This document shows positions 48,975 through 55,440 of a stretch of DNA of 55,440 nucleotides, piece by piece. This DNA is from Clostridia bacterium (GTDB taxonomy: Bacteria; Bacillota; Clostridia; Christensenellales; UBA1242): the NCBI GenBank assembly GCA_017936585.1, contig JAGBFI010000037.1, positions 1-55,440 of the forward strand. The letters run 5' to 3'. Position numbers and translations under genes: made by a program. The notes under the pieces are model-generated. The model searched no databases. It was not told where the DNA came from and was given only the letters and a program-made list of their open reading frames with translations. Within the stretch, counting starts at the first letter, position 1. Each line of letters opens with the position of its first letter.

Positions 48975-50034
48975 GACAAATGCAGAGAAGGTGAAAGTTG
49001 TCTATGACAAACTGCAAGCACTTGCAATGAAAAAAGGCTCAATCAACGAGGAAGATGTCTATTTTTCGTTGTTTAAGGTGGGCGAAAATGCCGAAAACGT
49101 TGAAAAGTTTTTGGAAGTTTTACGCAAGAGAAGAATCAAAATCATCAAAACAAATGAAGAGGATTTGTATAAGGACAATTTTTCTGACCTTGTGATGTCA
49201 GCAAGCGTTGACGACCCTGTGAAGATGTATCTTAAAGACATCGGCAAGGTGCCATTGCTTTCCGCAGACGAAGAAAGAGAACTTGCAAAGAAAGTTATGC
49301 AAGGCGACCAATATGCAAAATCAGTTTTGTGCGAATCCAACTTGAGACTTGTTGTCAGTGTGGCAAAAAAATATGTTGGAAAGACATCGATGTCTTTCTT
49401 GGACCTCATTCAAGAAGGAAACATGGGGCTTTTGCGTGCGGTTGACAAGTTTGATTACACAAAGGGCTTCAAATTCTCAACCTATGCAACATGGTGGATC
49501 AGACAAGCCATCACACGTGCCATGGCAGACCAATCAAGAACAATCAGAATTCCTGTTCACATGGTGGAGACAATCAACAAATATGTCAAAGTTTGCAGAG
49601 TGTTGATGCAAAAACTTGGAAGAGAAGCAACAATCGAAGAAATCGCAAGCGAGATGGGGCTTTCTGTTGCCAAGGTTATGGAAATTCAAAGAACAGCACA
49701 GGATCCAATTTCTTTGGAAACTCCAATGGGTGAAGAAGATGACGGAAAAATGGCGGACGTGATTGTGGATGAAAGTGCAAAATCACCAATTGAAAGTGCA
49801 ACACAAAGTTTGCTTAGAGAGCAACTTTTGGCAGTGATTGACACTCTCACTCCAAGGGAACAAGAGGTCATACGTCAACGTTACGGTCTTTTGGATGGCA
49901 GACAAAAAACTTTGGAAGAGGTCGGCAGAGAATTTTCAGTTACAAGAGAGCGTATCAGACAGATTGAGGCCAAGGCACTCAGAAAATTGAAACATCCAAA
50001 CCGCAGCAAGAGGCTTGCAGATTTTGTGGAATAA
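48961..50034 (+). CDS. sigA: Primary sigma factor SigA/RpoD
   Basis: [39 protein letters not shown]; follows dnaG. Confidence 0.96.
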   Translation: MAEDKTNAEKVKVVYDKLQALAMKKGSINEEDVYFSLFKVGENAENVEKFLEVLRKRRIKIIKTNEEDLYKDNFSDLVMSASVDDPVKMYLKDIGKVPLLSADEERELAKKVMQGDQYAKSVLCESNLRLVVSVAKKYVGKTSMSFLDLIQEGNMGLLRAVDKFDYTKGFKFSTYATWWIRQAITRAMADQSRTIRIPVHMVETINKYVKVCRVLMQKLGREATIEEIASEMGLSVAKVMEIQRTAQDPISLETPMGEEDDGKMADVIVDESAKSPIESATQSLLREQLLAVIDTLTPREQEVIRQRYGLLDGRQKTLEEVGREFSVTRERIRQIEAKALRKLKHPNRSKRLADFVE

Positions 50035-50103
50035 AAACAAAAGAAAAAACAGTAGGTGTGGCGGAAAGAAAAAAACACTAACAAATTGAATCGGAGGAAT
50101 ATT

Positions 50104-50805
50104 ATGAACATTGAAAGCTTATTGAAATATCAAGCATTGGATGAAAGCCTTTTCAAGGTGGAACAAAAACTTGTGAACAGCCAATATCGCAAAAAAGCGA
50201 ATGAAATTACGGCTGTGGCAAAAAAATCACAAGCAAAGTCAGCAGAGCTTGAAGCGGAAGCAGCAAAACTCATTGCAGAAATTGAGGATATCAAGGACAA
50301 ATATCAAATCAACAAATCAAAGATGGACGAAATGCTTGCAAAAAATGTTGATGACTTAAGTGTTGAGGAAATTGATAAAATTAGTGCACTTAAAAACAAA
50401 ATTCTTTCAAATCTTAATATTTTGGAAAAGATGCTTCAAAAGAGCGCGGAAAACATCAATCACATTTTGGCAGAGTTCAACAAAACAAAGAAACTCTATG
50501 ACGATGCAAGAGCTCTCTATGCTGAATGCAAGCAAAAGATTGATGAAGAATCAAAGCAACTTGAGCCAGAAAAAGAACGCTTAAAAAAAGAACTTGCTGT
50601 TCTTGAAAAAGATGTTGAACCAAACTTGATGGCAGAATATCGCAAGAAAAGAAATGACAATATTTTTCCTGTTGTTGTGCCACTTGAAAACGGTGGATTC
50701 TGCGGAAGATGTCGCATGGAACTTCCAAAGGTTGCAATTTCACACATCAAAGAAAAAGGTGTGATTGTCTGCGAACACTGCAAGCGCTTTATTTACACAA
50801 AATAA
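50104..50805 (+). CDS. Coiled-coil protein with C4 zinc ribbon (DUF164/CT398-like)
   Basis: LL.YQ.LD start; CGRC...CEHC.R C-terminus. Confidence 0.85.
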   Translation: MNIESLLKYQALDESLFKVEQKLVNSQYRKKANEITAVAKKSQAKSAELEAEAAKLIAEIEDIKDKYQINKSKMDEMLAKNVDDLSVEEIDKISALKNKILSNLNILEKMLQKSAENINHILAEFNKTKKLYDDARALYAECKQKIDEESKQLEPEKERLKKELAVLEKDVEPNLMAEYRKKRNDNIFPVVVPLENGGFCGRCRMELPKVAISHIKEKGVIVCEHCKRFIYTK

Positions 50806-50825
50806 TTTTACAAGTGAGGGGATTT

Positions 50826-51407
50826 ATGGAAAAGTATTCTTATGATTACAACGATTCAAAAACAATTGTTGTGGACGGACAAAAGCAAAAACTTTATCGC
50901 GTTGTGGCAAACAGAGAAATTACAAACCCATATTACACAGTCAAAAAGGGTGAAAGAGGGGGATATGTTGCAGACGGGGCTCTTTCTCAAGAGGGCGAAT
51001 GCTGGGTGACTGACTCCAGTTTTGTTGCAGAAAGTTGCTTTGTTGGTGGTGATGGCTATGTTGATTGTTCCACTCTCTTCAAGAATGTCAGTGTTCTCAA
51101 CAGTGCGGCAGTCAGTGACAGCACGATTGATTCAAGCAAAGTTTCTTCGCTGACAGGAGGGTCAATCGTTGTTGGAAGCAAAATTGTTGGAAATATCAAT
51201 TTGAGTGGAATGGCAAGGGTTGACACTTGCTATGTAAGCGGGGGGCTCAGTATGACTGATGATGCAACTCTTTGGGATTGCGAGGTACATGGCGTTGATG
51301 AGGGATTGAGTTTGGTTGCTGACCTCAAATATAGCAAGAAGAAGATTGTTGGGAGTGGACCAATCAATTGTGGGGCTATAGTCATAGATAAAGAAAGAAC
51401 AAAATAA
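50826..51407 (+). CDS. Phage-related beta-helix hypothetical protein
   Basis: LYRVVA...VKKGERGGYV....LSQEGECWV followed by short beta-helix-like repeats. Confidence 0.6.
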   Translation: MEKYSYDYNDSKTIVVDGQKQKLYRVVANREITNPYYTVKKGERGGYVADGALSQEGECWVTDSSFVAESCFVGGDGYVDCSTLFKNVSVLNSAAVSDSTIDSSKVSSLTGGSIVVGSKIVGNINLSGMARVDTCYVSGGLSMTDDATLWDCEVHGVDEGLSLVADLKYSKKKIVGSGPINCGAIVIDKERTK

Positions 51408-51539
51408 AATGCAAAAGGATTGAGAAAATGCTCAATCTTTTTTTGTTGAGTTTTACGTGTTTCCTTCTCTTAGATTTTTTTACTCTGGTTTTGAGTTGAA
51501 AAAGGAACATCTTCGCGGCGATAAGCAAAAATGTGTTTT

Positions 51540-52676
51540 TTAGATTTTTGTGTGTCGGATGAAGGATTTGATTGCATATACAAGTTTTTCAATTTCTTGA
51601 TAGGAGTTGAAATATGAGAGTGAAACTCTCACGGCACCACCGTCCAAAGTGCCAAGTGCTTTGTGCTTCATTGGTGCGCAGTGATATCCGCTCCTCACGC
51701 AAATGTTCCACTTTTCGCTTAAATAATTTGCCACATCGGTGGAGTTGACCTCTGGGATGTTAAAGGCTAAAACGCCATTTGTGTTTTCCGTTTTGGTGTA
51801 GATGTTCAATGAAAGTTTGGAAAGTTCATAATGAAGATATGTGATGAGGTCTTCCATTTTTTCTTGGATAAGTTTGAAATTTTCTTCAACAAATTTCACT
51901 CCTTCGGCAAATCCAAGGATGGCAGGGGTGTTGATTGTGCCGCTCTCAAAGCGTTCTGGGGAGTGCTCTGGCTGGAAAAGTTCGAGTGAATTTGTGCCTG
52001 TGCCACCAAAACGAATTGGTTGAAAATCGAAATCCCCGTTGATGGCAAGAACGCCAACCCCCTGAGGCGCGTAGAAACCTTTGTGAGGAGCAAGAGTCAG
52101 CATGTGGATGCCAAGTTTTTGCATGTCATACACAAAATGTCCGCCGCCTTGCGCTCCGTCAACAAGGAAGAGAATGTTTCGCTCTTTCAAATTTGTGCCA
52201 ATTGTCTCAATGTCGGCAACGTCACCATTGACATTTGAAACGTGATTTACAACCACTAAATAGGTCTCTTCTGTCAGGTACTTCTCAATGTCTTCCCAAA
52301 CCACCCCAAACTTTCCGGATTGTTCACAGATGGTGTACGAAAAATTCGAATCAATGTTTTTCAGATGTTCAAGCGGACGAAGCACAGAGTTATGTTCGTT
52401 GCAAGTGCAGACAACGTGACCACTTTTGTGAGTGCCTAAAATTGCAAGATTCAGTGCATCTGTGCAGTTGAGCGTGAAGATGATTTTGTCGGGGGTTGTG
52501 CCAACGTATCTGGCGACAAGTTCCCTTGAATTTTCCACCTCAAGAGCTGTTTTCAGTGAAGCTTTGTGCCCGCTTCGTCCCGGATTTGCGGAATAAAGAT
52601 TGAGCGCGTTCAACACGGCTCGTTGCACGCATTTTGGCTTGACAAGGGAAGAAGCGGAATTGTCTAGATAAATCAT
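51540..52676 (-). CDS. Cysteine desulfurase family protein (class V aminotransferase)
   Basis: IYLDNSAS, EHNSV, DGAQ, PHKG, RSGYHCAP. Confidence 0.92.
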   Translation of the reverse strand: MIYLDNSASSLVKPKCVQRAVLNALNLYSANPGRSGHKASLKTALEVENSRELVARYVGTTPDKIIFTLNCTDALNLAILGTHKSGHVVCTCNEHNSVLRPLEHLKNIDSNFSYTICEQSGKFGVVWEDIEKYLTEETYLVVVNHVSNVNGDVADIETIGTNLKERNILFLVDGAQGGGHFVYDMQKLGIHMLTLAPHKGFYAPQGVGVLAINGDFDFQPIRFGGTGTNSLELFQPEHSPERFESGTINTPAILGFAEGVKFVEENFKLIQEKMEDLITYLHYELSKLSLNIYTKTENTNGVLAFNIPEVNSTDVANYLSEKWNICVRSGYHCAPMKHKALGTLDGGAVRVSLSYFNSYQEIEKLVYAIKSFIRHTKI

Positions 52677-52776
52677 ATTGCACCTCGAAATTTTAAAAAA
52701 GTTTTGTTTTAAAGCAAATTTTTTATATTAACAATATAATAATTATGGGGAGATTTTGTGCATAAGGAGGTGATTT

Positions 52777-53034
52777 TTGAATTACACATTGGCAGTTTTT
52801 AAGTCTCGCTTCTCCACGCTTAATTTTTCAAATTTGTTAAAAGCAAATCATATTCCTGTTGCAATCATAAATACGCCACACAGCATCTCACAAGCGTGTG
52901 GGTTGTCGGTGAAATTTTTGAGCGATTATTTTTCCAAAGTTCAAACCCTTTTGACGAGAATCAATTTGTCGCAGTTTCAAGGCTTTTACACATACACAGA
53001 AATGCACGGAAGGATAAGTTTGATAAAACTGTGA
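52777..53034 (+). CDS. DUF3343 family protein
   Basis: F.SR......LL.....V.II.TP..I...CGLS; AGGAGG RBS. Confidence 0.75.
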   Translation: MNYTLAVFKSRFSTLNFSNLLKANHIPVAIINTPHSISQACGLSVKFLSDYFSKVQTLLTRINLSQFQGFYTYTEMHGRISLIKL

Positions 53035-53097
53035 GACTTGCAAAACGGGCAAAAATACAAAGAGCATATTTGTGCTCTTTTTTCATAACATAAGCAT

Positions 53098-53631
53098 ATG
53101 AAATATTTTTTCTCCGCATTTTTGACGCTTTCTATAGTTTTTGTTGCCGTGTTTGGTGTGAACTGTGTCTATGGCTGGCTTTTCCCTGTCAAATATCAAG
53201 AGGAAATTTCGGCGGCAAGCGAGGCTTATGGGGTGGAAGAAGCGGTGATTTATTCAATCATCAATGTCGAGAGCGGCTTTGACAAAAATGCAGTTTCATC
53301 TAGGGGAGCTGTGGGACTGATGCAGCTTATGCCGTCAACCGCGCAGAGTTTGGCGGGAACGGAAGGAGTTGACTTGCTTTCGCCGCAAGAAAACATAATG
53401 CTTGGGGCAAAATATATTGCACAGCTTGCAAACAGATTTGATGATTTTGAGTGTGTTTTGGCGGCATATAACGCCGGCCCGACAAATGTCAGAAATTGGC
53501 TGGCGGACGAGCGATACAGTGAGGATGGTAAGACGCTGAAAAAAATTCCTTTTGCCGAAACAAAGGGGTATCTTGAAAAATATGCTCGCAACTTCAAATA
53601 TTATTCACAAAAACTAAAAAGTCGCGGCTAA
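53098..53631 (+). CDS. Soluble lytic transglycosylase (SLT) domain protein
   Basis: INVES, AVS..GAVGLMQLMP.TA, AAYNAG, IPFAET. Confidence 0.92.
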   Translation: MKYFFSAFLTLSIVFVAVFGVNCVYGWLFPVKYQEEISAASEAYGVEEAVIYSIINVESGFDKNAVSSRGAVGLMQLMPSTAQSLAGTEGVDLLSPQENIMLGAKYIAQLANRFDDFECVLAAYNAGPTNVRNWLADERYSEDGKTLKKIPFAETKGYLEKYARNFKYYSQKLKSRG

Positions 53632-54978
53632 TTGAATAAATCTTCATCTATCAGCGGAACGATATCAATGGCAGGATCTTTATATTGTATTCTGAATTTT
53701 AATTTATTAATCCAATTAAAGAATTTTTTGTATATAAAATTTTGATAAATCAAGAAGCAAAATGTAAAAAAACGACAAATAAGAACTTTTTATGTTAATA
53801 ACATATTATGTAATATGTGAAGGAGTTTTTATATGTGTAAAAGATTTGATAATAGCAATTGCTATTTGGATGGCGATTGTTGTGAAAAAAGAACGAAATA
53901 TGATAACTGCTGTTATCCGTGTTATATAGATGATCAAGTTATAGTGCGCGGACCTACTGGACCTGCTGGTATGCCAGGTCCTAGGGGGCCTCAGGGAATT
54001 CAGGGAGTGATGGGCCCAACCGGTCCTGCTGGACCTACTGGGGGTGTTGGTGCTACAGGTGCCACAGGCCCACAGGGGGTGCAAGGTTTAACTGGTCCAA
54101 CAGGCCCAACAGGTCCAACGGGTCGCACGGGTTTAACTGGTGAGATAGGGCCAACAGGCCCCACAGGTCTTGCTGGAGATATTGGTCCCACGGGAGCAAC
54201 TGGACCTACGGGGCCACAAGGAATAGCAGGAGAAATGGGTCCAACCGGTCCAACTGGTCCTGCTGGGGATGTTGGACCGACAGGTCCAATGGGAGCTAGT
54301 GGTGGTATTTTAAATTTTGCAGATTTCTATGCTTTAATGCCACCAGACAATTCAGCAACAGTTGCGCCGGGAACAGATGTAAGTTTTCCACAAGATGGAC
54401 CCAATAGCGGAAGTGATATAAATAGAACAGGACCAAGTTCATTTAATTTGGCACAAGTTGGTTCATATCAAGTTCTTTTTAATGTTGGTGTTGCTGAAGC
54501 TGGTCAGTTAATTTTAACTTTAAACGACGAGGAGTTGAATTACACTGTTGTCGGAAGAGCAACGGGGACATCGAATGTTATAGGAATGAGTATTATAACT
54601 ACAACCGAAGAGAATTCAATACTAGCAGTTAGAAATCCCGCAGGAAATTCAACGGCTCTTACTATTACGCCACTTGCAGGCGGAACACGGCCCGTATCTG
54701 CTCATTTGGTTATCACACAAATTCAATAAAAAGCTGCCTAGTATGAATTAAATTGATAACCAAGAAGAAAAATAAATGTAAATAATTTACCGAAAGACTA
54801 AAAGCTATCGGTATTTTTTTTGTCTTTAACACTAAATAACATTAGATATGCCTATATAACTTTATCTAACACAAGTTGATTACTAGATAAATTGTTGAAG
54901 AAAATCATAAAATTGTTAGAAATAATTTTAAAGACAAAAGAAAATAAATAATTCCTAAATCGTTTAAATTTAGGGGGG
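53632..54978. mobile_element. Small AT-rich islet at the tRNA-Leu 3' end carrying a collagen-like gene
   Basis: Abrupt shift to AT-rich DNA and A/T-ending codons, bounded by the tRNA CCA end; no integrase or clear att repeat. Confidence 0.4.
53833..54729 (+). CDS. Collagen-like exosporium protein (BclA-like)
   Basis: Cys-rich N-terminus, about 39 GXY triplets (GPT-rich), C-terminal [11 protein letters not shown]...TPLAGG..PVSAHL domain. Confidence 0.9.
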   Translation: MCKRFDNSNCYLDGDCCEKRTKYDNCCYPCYIDDQVIVRGPTGPAGMPGPRGPQGIQGVMGPTGPAGPTGGVGATGATGPQGVQGLTGPTGPTGPTGRTGLTGEIGPTGPTGLAGDIGPTGATGPTGPQGIAGEMGPTGPTGPAGDVGPTGPMGASGGILNFADFYALMPPDNSATVAPGTDVSFPQDGPNSGSDINRTGPSSFNLAQVGSYQVLFNVGVAEAGQLILTLNDEELNYTVVGRATGTSNVIGMSIITTTEENSILAVRNPAGNSTALTITPLAGGTRPVSAHLVITQIQ

Positions 54979-55061
<83 letters not shown>

Positions 55062-55182
55062 ATGAACAATTTTAGTTTATCATATGACAGCTGTTTTTGC
55101 AACTTTTCTTTTTTTGTTTTGTGAAAATATTTAAAGAATTTTGATTGGACAAGTCGCTGGATTTTTTTTGAAATGCAAATAT

Positions 55183-55440
55183 AAAGCTGAATGCTTTGCT
55201 GAATCATGGGCAACAAAAAAAGTGTCCGAAGACACTTCTTGGTGGCTCGCCCGGGATTCGTTATGCGAACCATTTTAAATGGTCGCTTCCAAGCACGATT
55301 GCTCTCCTGCCTTGCTTGTCAGCCGGGACTTGGTCACGGGTTCTGTTTGCGAATGCAAACGCAAAGCTGAATGCTTTGCTGAATCATGGGCAACAAAAAA
55401 AGTGTCCGAAGACACTTCTTGGTGGCTCGCCCGGGATTCG
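55183..55440 (-). repeat. Direct repeat, 180-bp period, containing a tRNA 3' end and a C(UUCG)G terminator
   Basis: 55183-55260 is identical to 55363-55440 (78 bp). Confidence 0.9.
55420..55440 (-). tRNA. 3' tip of a tRNA (possibly Glu) that may continue beyond the window
   Basis: Reverse complement CGAATCCCGGGCGAGCCACCA; anticodon not visible, so it could be another repeat copy. Confidence 0.45.

Overview
Low-GC bacterial chromosome, most consistent with a spore-forming Clostridia-class Firmicute (spo0A, addAB, BclA-type exosporium genes, sigA). The lineage is inferred and not resolved. Most of the window is core housekeeping DNA: yqeY, spo0A, dusB, pgk-tpiA-dnaX-ybaB-recR, argS, recO, addBA, groESL, dnaG-sigA and a cysteine desulfurase. 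It carries four complete tRNAs (Met-CAT, Val-TAC, Gly-CCC, Leu-TAG) plus the 3' tip of a fifth at the right edge. The left ~1.9 kb is the end of an integrated element abutting the tRNA-Met 3' end; it encodes a stand-alone CRESS/pCRESS-type HUH nickase domain and an N6-adenine methyltransferase. Most notable observations: (1) Spo0A has Glu in place of the phospho-acceptor Asp. (2) An 824-aa protein with three membrane helices and a coiled coil ends in six AT-hooks, a candidate membrane-DNA tether. (3) dnaX is split at an A9 run plus hairpin, so recoding would give the long form. (4) Poly-G tracts suggest phase variation in a large lectin-fold-like surface protein and in a HAD gene. (5) Repeats and scars are linked to tRNA 3' ends. 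(6) Many genes appear leaderless. (7) Several orphan proteins share a C-terminal [DE][RK]x[KL] motif. All family calls come from motif recognition by eye; no searches were run.
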